A stretch of 64,000 nucleotides of DNA, from assembly GCA_026026165.1 (NCBI GenBank), contig JAPEUD010000008.1, positions 434,001 through 498,000 on the forward strand, written 5' to 3'. Of this stretch, positions 1-13,665 are shown one piece after another. The notes beneath the pieces were generated by a model. It did no database searches, was not told where the DNA came from, and saw only the letters and a program-made list of their open reading frames with translations. Origin of the DNA: Sarea resinae (taxonomy: Eukaryota). The translations under genes were made by a program, and so were the position numbers. Every line of letters starts with the position of its first letter. Position 1 is the first letter of the stretch.

Positions 1-1749
1 CTAGAGCGACAGAGCCAGTCGCTCTGCCGCTGACCTGCATTCTAGTCGGACTGACCTTACGTATCTGAGGTACCGTCAGTCGCTCTAAACCTAGTAGCAG
101 GCGAGCTTGCCCCAGCCCAAGCGCAAGCCGGCCCCATATTTCGGAGTACTACCTCAGGTAGGTAGCCTCCAGCTCCGGCGGAGGAGCGAAGGAGAGTACG
201 CAGTACGCGAGTTACCTAGAGTGAAAGGAGTCAGGACAGCCAGGGCAGCTGCCGACCGACCTACGGACGAGCGTAATCTGATCAAAAGAGATCCATCACA
301 TTTCTGTTCCGTGGCCCGTTACCCGTTCTGTTACGGTTGCCGGACGATGGCACTGAAGGCACTCTAGCTCCAGCATGGGACAGGGCTCTCTGGAACTGGC
401 GGCAGGCTGGGCGAAGACGGCGAGAGAGCCGTCTCTCCTCATCCCGCTCGCTCCCTCTCTCTTTCCGTGTCCGTTGGCCTCTTCGCGCATGTATCTTTCT
501 CCCTTTCTCATCATCGTCGTCTGTTTGCCATCCATGATGATGATGGTGGTCGTGTACTCCGAGTACCTCCCGTAGGCACCTTGGGTAGCTGACTCTACTC
601 GAGCACCCCGTACCCGTACAGTATCTGAGCTAGCGACCTCGAGCCGAACCACCATCACCAGCACGCTGCTACTACGTAGTAGTATGTATCGCCCATCCAT
701 GGATGATGGCTCATGGCCCATGATCCCAGTGATCCCAGTGTCCTTTCAGTGTCGTTCAAGGGTACAGAATACAACACGCTCTAGGATCGCCGCATCGCCG
801 TTCTGTCCGCTTCCTTCGTTGCATGTTATTATCATCTCTTCCCTTCGCTTCCCTTCCCCTACCTGACCGCGCCTTACTTGCTCGGTCTGCTTAGCTGCTA
901 AGTAAACGGGATTACTACATTATTGCGCCTCAGCCTGCCTTACCTACTGTACCTTGCCTGCCTCAGGTAGGTATCTTCCGCTACCAACCTGACCTTGGTA
1001 CAAGTAAAGGCACCCCTACGACTACTGTATGTCTACACACACCCCACCCGCCGACCCTCTATCCACCACACGACACGGTCACATATCAGAGGCAGACAGC
1101 AGAACCGTAATCATGGAACTATAATCAAGCTTCAACAATCCTCACATCCAAAATCGACTTTTCCCTCCGCAGAGAATTATGTTCTAGTGTGGAGATCGAC
1201 AAACACCTCAATCGTTTCGCGCCGAGGCCTCTCCAGGATCGCGAGCAGTCCCTACGTTTTTCCGGACCCTGACACGAAACTTTACCTGAAGGCGGGGACG
1301 GCCTGAGGCGGTTTGCGGAAAAAGAGCACCACGAGACGCTGCATCAGCACGATCACCGCACAATCATCCCCTTCCCACCATCGTGCTCCATTACAATCGC
1401 TACGTGCATTAGATATTCATATCATAATCTCTAGCTTTGATGGTGAAGTTCGATACTTTCTCGCCGCACTTTTCCGCACCTCGCTCGCCAGAGCACTCCT
1501 GTTCCCCACATTACCGCTCGAAACGCCCGGAGGCTTCTGTCCTGCCACCATAGGACAACCGTCAAGATAGGTAACGAAAGGCTTTTGAGCTGGGGCGGCG
1601 AGCTTCGGTCAAGCGATGCAGAGCAATGCTCCGAGGAAGACACCGAGTCCTCACACGAAACCGAAGGTTCGCCGATTCTTCCACGAAACCCGCATCAATG
1701 GGAGTTTCTTGCTCCAGGGTTCGCTCAGGACGAGTCATATCAGTTTCAT

Positions 1750-3565
1750 ATGGGCCCCAATCCTGCATCTGACCTTGCCCGGTTGAGCATAAGCTCATCC
1801 TCACGGGCTTCTGATGGACCCTCCACGGCGTCAACAACATCATCCTCGTCGACACCAACCTTTGCCTTTCGTATCCGGTACACGTCTGATATGGACATGG
1901 ATGTACCTCCCAAACTTGAGGAGCTGGATGACGACGACCAAGGCGATGTCAAGAACATTCCGCTGGCAGAAGTGATGCCTACCCATCCCAACGCACCGCA
2001 AGCAAAAAGGCCTCGAGGAAGGCCGCGAAAAAACCCGCCAGCCTCACAAACATCATCACTATCAAAGGTGACGAAAGGGAGGTCTAAGACAGGGTGTATC
2101 ACTTGCAGACGTCGAAAGAAGAAATGCGATGAGACGAAGCCACATTGTAAGTGTTCATTCCAATTGCGACTTGTCGTCTTCCCTCTTGAAGACATGATTT
2201 ATATATATGCATTGTTAGCTAAGTTGGCGAAGGTCTCAATTGTCAAAAGAACAATGTCGCATGCGAGGGATACACACCCAAAGAAACCTGGAAAAGCGGG
2301 AAGCAGAAAGTTGCAGAAGGTACGTCAATTTGATAGGTCTTTCACCTCAGTTTTGGTATTAATGCGTACGTCGTATTATAGCTCGTCGAAGTTCTGCCAG
2401 ACCGCATAGCTTGCCTTGCCTCATCGATGGCATTGAGACGGAACTCGATCGGTACTTCCTCGACCATTTTGTCAACATTGTCAGCAAAGTTCTTACGCTC
2501 ATCAACGATGAATCCAATCCCTTCAAAGAGATTCTGCTGCCGATGGCCATCAAGCATCGTGGGCTGATGCACTCCCTTCTCTGCCTGTCCGGCTCGCATC
2601 TTGCAGCGCGTGAATCGAAACCGGACTTCAACGAAAGGCAAATGTACCACTTTGATCGCGCGGTGTGCAATCTGAGAACGGACAAAAAGATTGAAGCTCA
2701 GGCATCTGGAGACTCGAATGAACTCATTGATGATCCAACGGTAGCTCAAACTTTAGTGCTACTTTTAACGACGATATGCAAGGGAAATACTGATGGCGAA
2801 TATCGTCCTCACATGGACGCTACCCGCCACCTTATTGTGAACCAAGAGTCCCAGAACCAGCCCTTTGGCCAGTTTCTTATCGAGTTCTACCTGTATCATG
2901 ACGTTTCAAATTCGCTCACGTCGCTGGATCGGCGACCACTACTTCTAATGGAGAACTTCCAGCTCCCAACCTATATGATGCAGCCTGAGGCCGGCGCCAT
3001 GCTGGGTGTACTGGATGGCTTGTTCGGATACATATCGAAAATCACGCAGCTTAGGGACAATATCCGCACTCGGCGGAGTCAGGGACTTTCACCTTTGGTG
3101 GATTACGAGATGTTGAATGATGCGGTCATCATTGACAATGAGATTCGGAACTGGAGTGCAGCCCAACGAGAAGGTACACCTCGGTACATTGCTGCCCAGC
3201 TATATCGTCAGTGTACCTGGGTATATCTCTACAGGACTGTCCAGCCGTCGATGCCGCACCCGAAGATTCACGAGGCAGTGGATGTAGGCTTAGACTATCT
3301 ACGAGAGTTGCCTGCAGACTCATCTACGCAGAGTGTACTCTTAATGCCACTCTTCCTCCTTGGCTGTGCTGCATTTGATCCTGCTCAGCGACCGGATATA
3401 CGTCAAGCGTTCGAGGACTTACAAGTCTATTCCAACTTGGGTAACATCAAACCCGCCAGGAAAATAGTGGAATTAGTCTGGGAGAAGATGGACGCTGAGG
3501 ATGAGAGTTCTTGGGACTGGGAAACGATTATCAAGGAGGCGGGTTATGATTTTCTTGTTACTTGA
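1750..3565 (+). CDS. oefC: Zn(II)2Cys6 transcription factor with AT-hook and C-terminal fungal-specific TF domain (OefC-like)
   Basis: Has the AT-hook KRPRGRPRK and the binuclear cluster GCITCRRRKKKCDETKPHC|LNCQKNNVACEGY, restored by removing introns 2147-2232 and 2320-2381. The last exon runs to TGA at 3563-3565. The start is uncertain (ATG 1750 or 1890; the frame stays open further upstream). The symbol is from recalled similarity only. Confidence 0.8.
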
Positions 3566-6500
3566 GGGCCGCTCATGGTCCCTGAAAATTGGGAGGCTCT
3601 CTGCGGGTGGTTGTATCACATCATAGTTTGCTATTTTCATCTTATCTCTTGTTCTTGTCTGAGACGGCGTTTATGGTTGCAGAAGTGGCGTTCTGATGGT
3701 GGCTGGTCTGAACTTCGCGCAAGCCTCGGCAGAGGCTACTCCAGCTAGGAGCGGTATGCTCGCGGCTGGAAACGGAAGGGTAAGATCATCTTTCTGCATC
3801 TGAAGAAATTCTATATCCCGCTCGTCCAATTTGCTTTGATATCTAAAGTGCTGTACTTGATGGGTCTGCACAAAGGCTTGCATTCGGAAGCAAAGCTCCG
3901 AACTGCAGCCACATGAATATTTGCTTATCCAGAGGCTGCATCATCAGCGGCGTGACCTCTCTGCGATGCACGTAACCTGTAAGGCTGCAGATGGGTTGGG
4001 GGCCGTGGCACACCATTCAAGTCTTCTTTAGGCGACATTTGTTTCCAGCTTGTACATACGCATTAGTTAGGTGGACGGCAGGTGTCAGGTTACTGGTTGT
4101 CAAGGACTGACCGCCCGTTGAACGCCTGTCTGTCTTCTGCGAACAGGATATACCAGGCTCCGAATGTGCTCTGGCGATGGGAGAGACGAGGCGGCTTACG
4201 CTGCAACTCGCCCCATCCTTTCAGCCCGAGAACAGCCCAAGCCCGATTCTGCGCGGCGCTATTCGGCCTCTTTCTCTCCAAGATTAGGTAGGTCCCTTAC
4301 CGTTGTGAGTTACTTTGCTATTCCCACCCATCACCCTGAAAACAATGGGGTCTCTAGGTAGTTACGCGGTTGTCTGCAAAGCGTCCCCAACACCGTTCGC
4401 GCGCCTTACAGGGTCGCCTACACCGTCTGTTTCCCTTCTCTCGCGTGGATCAAACGGTCGGCGCTGAGGTTGTTGCACTAGCGGCAACCTGGACATGGTT
4501 GATGTTCGCGCAGAACGGATCTATGTGTAGAGCCTTCCCTTCTAAGTGCCTTCGGTCTGACATTGGTGTGTCAGACTCGCATTGAATGATGCCTTGGATA
4601 TACAGGACTGTTACCCACGGACCTCCTCCAGAATTCCGTAATTGATTGGGATTGATTGATTCATTGGTGATGATAGAGAGGACGAAGGAGCTCGGGCAGA
4701 GGCGGACATAACATTAGGCCATCCCTATGCCGAGATGCCGATCATAGGAAGGTACTAGGTACCTAAGGAAGAGAAAGATCTACCAGAAAAGAAGACGAGA
4801 CCGAGGCCTTCTATTCCCGACTCTACCCACTCGAGTTCAGAGACACTCCGAGTGCTCGAGTAGATCGAAGGCGTGGGGCTTATCGCTAGCATACTATTGG
4901 AACGCCATTCTACGATCCCGGGAGAGTCGACATCTCTTACGGTTCCATGCTGGAAGTCTTCCGATCGGGCACCCCGGTCCCATTCTTGGTCCTGCATGGA
5001 TGGATGGATGGATGGTACAGAGAAAGAGATCGGAATCAAGGGTTTGCACATCATGCATGCACCACGCATGCGCCCATCAATGCGCTTGAGGGTGTAAATT
5101 GCATGCAACAAGCGACCCCACATGAGTTGAGGATCGGTGAGTACTGAAGTCAATCATCTAGGTCGTACCTGTATGCTCAAAGGTTGGACGGACCATCACT
5201 TTCCTATGACCACTATATTATATTTGCTTGCCTAGATCCCTTGGATTCTCCGCTCTCGCTTTCTCTCATGGGTCAAGGTTGTATCTTCGAACGTGTGCTT
5301 GTTGAACTATGCACGGCGTGGGTCGAGAGAACCAGGGAAGCATGGCTATCGTACCATGGCTATCGTACCAGCTCTCTACTAAGAAAGGCACTCTCCGGAG
5401 GATGTCTATCTCAAGGTGACGAAACGATTTCCATACACTCTATCCTTGCTGCATATGCAGAAGCCAAAGCCAAAGGCTCGGATTGTGGCTGTTACCGATG
5501 GCATGCTTGCTCTTCGGGGCCCATGCTGATGTGGTGTGCTCATGCTTGCGCGTCGACACTCGTCTCTAATACACTTTTGAGAAGGACCGGGGGGACTTCA
5601 AAGGACGCGCGACCCTGGAGGCGGCCCTCGGAGCAAACGCGGCGTGGAGCGTGACGATGATTCGTCTGCTTTGGGTGCTTCGCGATCTGGCTTCATCTGC
5701 ACAGGACAGGTTTCAAGAAACATAAATTAGCGGTCCTGAGGTCATTACGAGGTCTCAGAACGTACCAAGAGGTACAAAAGGTTCCCGCCAGAGACAGGGA
5801 ACCCATGATCCGCATCCCGCTGGTCTTGGAATTTGATGCGACTCGTTGTCTACAGAGTAGAGTGCTCTCTACTACGCTCCAGCTCCCTACTGATCTACTA
5901 CTGTGGCCGCCACTGGCACTGCGAGCAACTGATCGAGAGTAGGGATTGCCATGGACCGAGTATACACTGCACTAGCTCATAGACTTCCGACCTGCGTACA
6001 TTCTGCGTACATTGCAATCTTCCCGAACATAACAGGCGCTATCCATGGATATGGGCGTTTGTGAGATTAATCCCCGACAATCATCAATAAGATGATCCGA
6101 CGCTCAATGTAACAGCGACGGCTCAAGCCTTCTTTACCCTACTCTACCATGGGCAATACAATATGGATCCATGATATTATCCGTCTTCTCTTACCGGAGC
6201 TTAGCGTCTTTCTAGCCCATCCACGTGGAGGCCACAGACGCTAAAAGGGCCTGGAACAACCCGTGGACCTGATGCGATCTCGACTGCAGCCCAAAGGGCC
6301 CCTCGGGCCCCAATCATGACGATGTTGGTCTCTCCCGACTATCGGTGTTTGAAATGCGCATAATGGGCTTTTCCAACATAAGCCAGCGGGCGATCAATTC
6401 AACGGCGAGACTAGAATTCTTGTCCCGTCCGTAGCTCCTAGGATCACGTCCAATGAGCAGGCCGATAGCATCGGAGGCATTTCCGAATCATGAATGGTAG

Positions 6501-8346
6501 GTACCGAGGTAATCAATTAATCTACCCATGGGACGGAGCGCCACCAAAGCGAACATGGGTGTCTGGATGTCGTTAGTAAGTCATGATGAAGCAGAGTATG
6601 TAGTATCTCAAGCTTCTTTGTGCGCAACCGAGCAACAAAACAGGAACTCGACTCTGATACTAGGCCATCCGTGTCTTTCATTTCGGGCTGCGTCTATACT
6701 TCCTTCATTTGAGAGATGTAGGGATCCTACATCAACTTAGAGGCGCAGCCCGCTCAACCAGCGTCTGTCGCACGAGATGAACGCAATAAGCCAGCACCGA
6801 ACCGTGACATCAAGCCAAGCAAGACCGTCCAGATCGGATGAAGTCCAGGGATGGGATTGTTTCGGAGGACGTCAATCTGCAATACCCATAGGTATATCCA
6901 TGCCTACCATAATAACGGGAGGTATATAGTTCAAAGGCTCGAACACTTTCTGTTGCCTTCTCCTAGGGTGGTGTATTTGAATCATTCAAAAGTCGAATGG
7001 AATGATGATGCATGTAAATTATGTAGACAACGTGCCTAGTACTTGACGGTAAAGTGTGCTCTTGGTATTATAGGACATTTTGTCAGAAAATTGCCGTTGT
7101 ATGTGGCGCACTAAATGGGACTTCGAGAACATAGCAATTCGTGAAGCCCACCACACATTCAGTGCTTCACCTCTGAGCCTCATTGCCACGTCCTGCCAAA
7201 TCCCGAATCATCTTTTCGACGGGCAACTCCATTGATATTTCTTGGAGACAAATCCACTGAAAATCCAGTAATTGTAGTTCAAGCCCTTCTTCGTTCGAGT
7301 AGGCGGCAATAGCCAGATTCATGATGACTAGTATCAAAGCAGAAAATCATCAGTCTACCGCTTTAGGTAAGGTGGAAGGTGGTCGCCTTCGCTATATTCC
7401 CAAGCCCCGATTCAGTGTTTACTCTGCCGTTCTAAGGCAAGTTTCTGCGTAGAATCAGCAGAAATGTTCCGCCATGTCAATTGCAACAAAGGGGTCTGTC
7501 TAGTCCAAGAGCTTTCCATGACCAAGGAGGATGAGCTGTTATATCAAAGTCGCGCAGTGAAGCTTCGTCCATGATACCAATATTTGGATGATAGGAAGGT
7601 GTTCATACTAGTAGGAAAAGGCGATACAATATTTCGCACCGCACCAGGTCCATTGATGAGGTCCAATGACTTCCATGATGGGTCTGGAGCAGATCCAAGC
7701 TTTATAATCGTGAAAAAGGCACAGCTGGTTGTAACGATGCAAATTTCCAAAGATTCGGAGCAGGTACCCGTCTACAGAGTAACGGCTATGCGTCCTGTCA
7801 AACGTCGTACAACGCGGCGAACGAATAGATTTCTGAGCTGTAGAATAAGGTCGCTGCAGGATTTGCGATAGCCGTTTGTTGTACAACCTGGAGCCTTGGT
7901 TTCCCGTGCTCGTTTGACATCGATGCCCAGAATGATGCTCCAGCCGCCGCCATAGAGAATGGAAGGCCCTCGACCACACGATCGAGCACAGGACAAGAAG
8001 TTTAGGAGAAGGACGAGCCGTCACAGCACTCTGGTGAATCAGCTAGTAAGAAGAAGGCATCCCCAATGCAAGCCGAAGCGAGGATATATATCATGCCGCC
8101 GTGAATATGAAGGCACGTGCAAACTGTCCAGGACCAGACGTGATTCCCTATTTCTCTGAAGGCAGCCCTTCTTCACGAGGTTTCTCTCATACATCATCAC
8201 ACTCGTTCATATCCTCACCCTCATTATCATCAAGACGTCAGTCTTTCCAGTGCCATCGTCTGCCTGATATCACCGCGGCAACACCCTCTTTTCTAAATCG
8301 TTCCTTGACTGACTCACGACTCGTTCTCGACAGGACGTCCGTCGGT

Positions 8347-10051
8347 ATGCGCTTAGTCGTCGCCTTGGCCGCTCTTTTGAGCTTGGTCTCGTTCTGTTTT
8401 GCTGCACCAGCCGTGTAAGTTCATTTGAAACCAGTGCTCTTCAACTCACCTTCCTCAACTTCGCACAATCATCGAATCACCATCACTTGTGTCTCCTCCA
8501 AAAGCCAAACCTTGGTTCTCATTCTATCCCCCTTCCTTGTCAAGATGTATCCGATTCATCCCCATAAGAATCCTGGAAACCAGCCTCGCCAGGCCGGCCT
8601 TATCTTGCAATTGCCCATCCTCATAGCGATTGGACTCATTGGTCTCAAGATATTGATTTATACATTGTACCTAATGTATATCTCCAGGGTTCCGCACAGC
8701 GAGTGCCTCGAGGTCCCGATCTCTTTTGTCACCATCTCGGTTCCTGTTACCCAAACAGTGTATGCTATCGAGGCCACTCCCTTCAATAGCGATTCGGACT
8801 ATGTTGCTGCGACTTCCGTTTCTTCCCCCGTTCTGACCGACCAGTCCGCGGCTGAGACCACGCTCCCGATCACGACCACGTATTATCTCACCTCAACGCG
8901 TACCCGGACTCGCACGATCACCCTGAACGATGAACCGACGCGAAGCACCACGTATTCTCCCATGGAGAACTCCTTCTACTACGCCGAACAACTGGGCAAG
9001 ACCACTTGGCTTGATGATAAGATGCCCACCTCAGCTCAAGTTGTGGCGTCTGAAACAACAACTGTGATTGTCTCGCCTCTTCCTGTCTCGTCCACGAGTC
9101 AAGTATCCGCCGTTCCAGCAGAGGTAAATGAAACAACGACGGTCCACTTCACAGAGACACTTCGTGAGACGGTGAGCTTGGCCGGGCATGCCAATCCTAG
9201 CATCTCATATGGTCGGATGAACTCAGGACCTGGCCCAATGGGTTGGAACGCTACTGCCACCTATGGAGCAGTCAACGACAAATTCTCTGAAACCCTGCCA
9301 ACAAACGCAGTGCAATCCTTGGCATCTCAAACTGGTTCTCGAAAGCTAGCACGTGCGCTGAACTCGACTCAATTCTGCGGCGAGCACGGAAACTTCACCC
9401 TCAATGTAAGTACTTTCTATTATCATACCAACCCCTTCTCTTACACTCGCATAGTTTGATGACGAGCCAATTTTTGATCCCATCAACAACGCGACGGCGG
9501 ACTACCCCCCGGTCTTCAACCCTTACCATCACCTTTTCTTTTCACCTGGTTTTGCCTACGCACCTCCGCCGACCGTCCCGTTTCCCCCGACTTCGCCTCC
9601 ACATCTGGCAATTTTTCTGGAGAACCAGGCCGTCAATGCCACCAGCGTTGACGGTTCCCCAGATGCAGGTCTGGAGGTTGCAGGCGAATTTGGAGCCGGC
9701 CCCCGTGCATCTCAGAGCGCATACTGGTTCAACGCGTATGAAGCCAACCTTGGGTGCGACAACCGCGGACCGAAGGCCTGCAAATTGACAATCTCCGGAT
9801 ACACATTCTCTCAAGAGGAACAGCAAGAGATCCTTTCAGTCGAGCAGTTCGTGTCACTTCCCCCGTGCCGCAATTTCCAGAATTGTAAGCTCACAACTGT
9901 CTGCTTCTCGGACGCGTTCCGCAACCTTACCGGCGTTCGCATCGTGGCCTTCTTGAGTGGACAACCGCGCATCTGGTTCATGGACGACGTTCGTCTCGCA
10001 TGGTCGAACAACACCTGCGCCGCAGGTCTTGAGCGTCAGGAGAGCCGCTAA
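8347..10051 (+). CDS. Secreted Ser/Thr-rich protein with conserved Cys-containing C-terminal domain (DUF7371-like)
   Basis: Signal peptide MRLVVALAALLSLVSFCFAAP. Introns 8415-8687 and 9406-9454 join in frame to a Thr/Ser-rich middle and the domain CGEHGNFTLNFDD...PVFNPYHHLFFS...GCDN...WFMDDVRLAWSNNTCAAG. Confidence 0.75.
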
Positions 10052-11437
10052 TAGCTTCTGTTGTGTACCTATCTACCACGGCTTGAAAGACATGGTTTTC
10101 GACAAGAGGACCTTTCTTTCCGACTAGAGGGAGAGCGAGTCCCTCATCGCCATTTCGATGGATCACCCCCAGTGGCTCGATAGATTTCCACACCACACGC
10201 GCGCCATGATCTCAACGGGAGGAATACGTTCTTGTCCTTCGGTCTCATGTTTCTCTTCATATTCACTGAATTAGCTATAGGCCCATTCTTCTCGCAAGCT
10301 GTGAAGCATTAAATGAAAGCCATTGCTCTCAATCAAGAAGTTCTTATAGTAGGCCGCCGCGATTGTGTAATGATTCTTGGTGGTGTTGTAGTTGAGTGGT
10401 GTTCAGGTCACGACGCGTCGTTGATTCTTTCTTTCTGATCGGAATGCAAGGTTGCTGATGATTAAGCCACTCCCAACCAGCCGTATCGGGAAATCCGAAA
10501 ACACCCTAAAAACCGCGGGCATCCAACTACGTAGTAGTAGTAATGACATATATCAGTATTGGAGCTGTCTGTTACAGACGATATATCGAAGTATGAATTT
10601 TCATATTGCAATCAAACCTAACAATTATCTGAAGTCTTCTTCCTGAATCTTATCTCAATTTCTCTGCTTTTGTAGCGATTTTATTTTCATTGTCGTTTAT
10701 CTTGAACGGTTTCGTCTTCAACCGTAAATTTTGTAACGAATATGAGTGAAATAATGCGATGACATGGAAATATAATATGAATATAAATTCCAAGAATCTA
10801 CACAATGGGCTTAGATAGCGACATCATCACCAATCCGATAATCCGATTCCTTTAATCATTGTTGTGGAATATAGCAGTGTGTGCGGGCAGGAAATCAAGA
10901 CCCGGATTAGAGGCACGGTGGTTTATTGCTGTAGGGTCCACAGTGCATGCGCTCCATCTTGCTGAATCATCCCTGGTCCCGAAGCCGGGTGCTTTACCAG
11001 GAATCAAAGGTCAGCCAGCTCGGCGGTGATTGGAGATATCAACGCCTGGGCTCAAGACTTCGAGGACCTAACCTCCATTTCCCACCCAGGAATCATCAAG
11101 CAATCAATCAACCAAGCAATCGCGGATTAGATTCTTCCATCACAGCTACCGGGGCTACTTCATTTTCAAGTCCCACACCCCTGTTGGGATTCTATGAACA
11201 TATTCTTTTTGCCTCAAGGATGACACCAAAGATGTGCTAGGGCCAACAGACTTATTTTAGAGAAGAAGATCCCTAAGACACCGGATTGTATGTTCCTCTT
11301 AGAAGTTCATGTGGGAAGCTCGGAAACTGATAGGAGTCTCTTACAAAGAGGCATGGACTTTTGATTCAATCTGTCCGCTTCGCTCCACAACGAAAGTCCA
11401 TGCGCCACCAGGGCCCTTCAAGAATACGAACAATCTC

Positions 11438-13665
11438 TCAGAAGTTTTCTTTGCCCCATCTGAAAATACACTCCGGCCCAGAATACATGTTACACATTGC
11501 ATGCAGCTCACTACCCAATGCCTTGGGTCCGCAGAAAAAGGTCCCGATCTCGGCAGGAGAGTGGATCTTGCGCAGTGAGCGGAAGACGAGATGCCAGTTG
11601 GGGCGGCCGAAGGAGGTTGCTGAGCGGAGGCCGGTGATTGGGTCTAAGAAGGTAGTGCCTGTGGTGGTAGTGTTGCCGGCGGAGTGCAGCATAATGTTTG
11701 TCGCATCCGCGGGGGAGATTTTGGCTGTGAGGTACTGTGTGATTCGGTTGGATTAGAGTTGATCCATATCACATGGAGACTAGAACAGAAGAGACAAATG
11801 GCCGAGCGGACGAACCGCAGCCTCAGGATAATTGGGGTGAAAGCAACCAATTTCGATACATACCGTACATATCTCAATCCGCCCCTCCAAATCCTGCTGT
11901 TCAATCGCAAGCAGTAAACTCCGGAACCACTCGAAGGATCCGAAGTCCCGACAGATCCAGAAAAAATACACTTTGCGGAGCCGCGTCTGGCTTCGGCCTC
12001 CGTTGTTGCGGGGAAAGTTCATTCGATACCATATGCTCTTGAGAATGGAGGCGAAGGGAGTGGCGCCGATTCCGGCTCCCACGAGGACCGCGATTTCGTA
12101 TTTGAAGACGTCTTCGGAGGCGCTGCCGAAGGGGCCGTCGATGCAAATGCGAGGGAGGTGACAATTGAGAGAGGGGTCGACGACGTCCTTGGTATCGGTA
12201 GTGGTGTGGGAAGACATCTTTTCGGGCCTGCTGTTATCATCCATGTCGCTGATGATACAGCCTAAGGTTTTGGCAAACCTGCTGGTGAAATCGCCGACAC
12301 AGCGCATATGGATCGAGATATAGTCTTCCTCAGGGGCGCTCGTGAGGGTGAAGGGATGATATTGCCACACTGAGACCTCAGGACAACAGAGGAAGATATA
12401 CTGATGAATCAATGTCAGCCTTTCCCTACTATGCGGTAGACTAATTTTTGAAATGGACAAAATTACCTGTCCGGGTCTGGTCTTGATATTTCCCTTCTGG
12501 ATCTGAATTTCCACGACATTGCTGGGATGTTGCACAACCTTCGAGATGATCGTCTTCCGTCTTCCTCGGATCTCCCTTAGGATCCGTTCTGCAAGGTAAA
12601 CGAAGCCGCCATACGTCCAGTACTCCCAGAAAACCCCAGTCCCAGCGCAAAAGGGCTTGAAGTCCGGTTTGATCATACAGAATGCACCATGAATAGACCA
12701 GAAGACGAAAAAGATGACAAAAAGATGGTGCATATTCCAAAAGCGTTCATAATTGGCACGGCGTCGCTTCTCGATCGATTCGTATACCATCACCATTAGA
12801 GCAATGAGCATTACGTATCCCGACCAGCCGGGACCGGTAGCAAAATTTGCCAGGATGAATCCTTTGAAGCCAAGTTTATTCTTGGCGGCAAATTGAGCGA
12901 AGTTGTTCCAATGGGCTATGGTGTGCAACCAGGTGAAGAAGACAATTGACCATGCCACCACTACGGATGTGAGTGATGGATGAGATCAACGCACTCAGGG
13001 ATGGACGTACTTTTATGGAAAGCAATGTTCTTATCTAGACTTTGCATTAGCATTATTCATAGCCTTTTAGGCAGATCTCGTACCGAATTGAATTATACCA
13101 TTGAGCGGTGTCTGGCGCATCAGAGATATCAGGGTACGGCAAACGGCTACATCGTTAGTATTTCAGCGAAATAGGACTTGAAGTACTCACGAAACAAGAT
13201 CAAAGCAATATCAAAATGAAGGACCAGAGCTGCAGACCTAGCGATTGGGTAGGTAATTCCAAAAGTCGACCGAGCACCGGTCAGATTATCCTAGACCGTG
13301 TCAAGGATTGCGTATAGTATGACGAGTAGACTCCATACCCTGAGACCATAATTCATCAAACCAAATGCGAAGATCATGCCATGGACAAGAACGAACAGTC
13401 CCACCGTTCTACAATCTTAATGCGCGCCTCTCAGTAACGGGCATAGAACGCTTACAATTTCCGATATCCTTCATTTACCATCCTACAATCGTCAGATACA
13501 GGATCAGTAAGAGCATTTTCGTGCTTACCAGCGGTCTATTCTCTCTTTCATCATCAGCTCTCTTGGAGCCTCGTCGCTCAATTCGCCAGATAGTAACATT
13601 CGCGTCAAACGCGTCAATCTTGATCTCTTCAGCTTATCCCTCGACAGTCTATATGATTGCGACAT
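11438..13665 (-). CDS. noxB: NADPH oxidase NoxB/Nox2 (gp91phox-like), 9 exons
   Basis: The spliced product starts MSQSYRLSRDKLKRSRLTRLTRMLLSGELS (NoxB-type N-terminal extension), then WMVNEGYR and PVCRTLISLMRQTPLNGIIQFDKNIAFHK. It retains the heme His motifs (WLHTIAH, MHHLF, SIHG), FAD motif HPFT, NADPH motifs GPFG, GAGIGATPF and FCGP, and ends in KENF. Confidence 0.93.

Noticed and set aside
1..1580. Many short ORFs upstream of the oefC-like gene
   Set aside because: No recognisable protein features. Most likely promoter or 5' UTR; uORF function cannot be supported from sequence alone.
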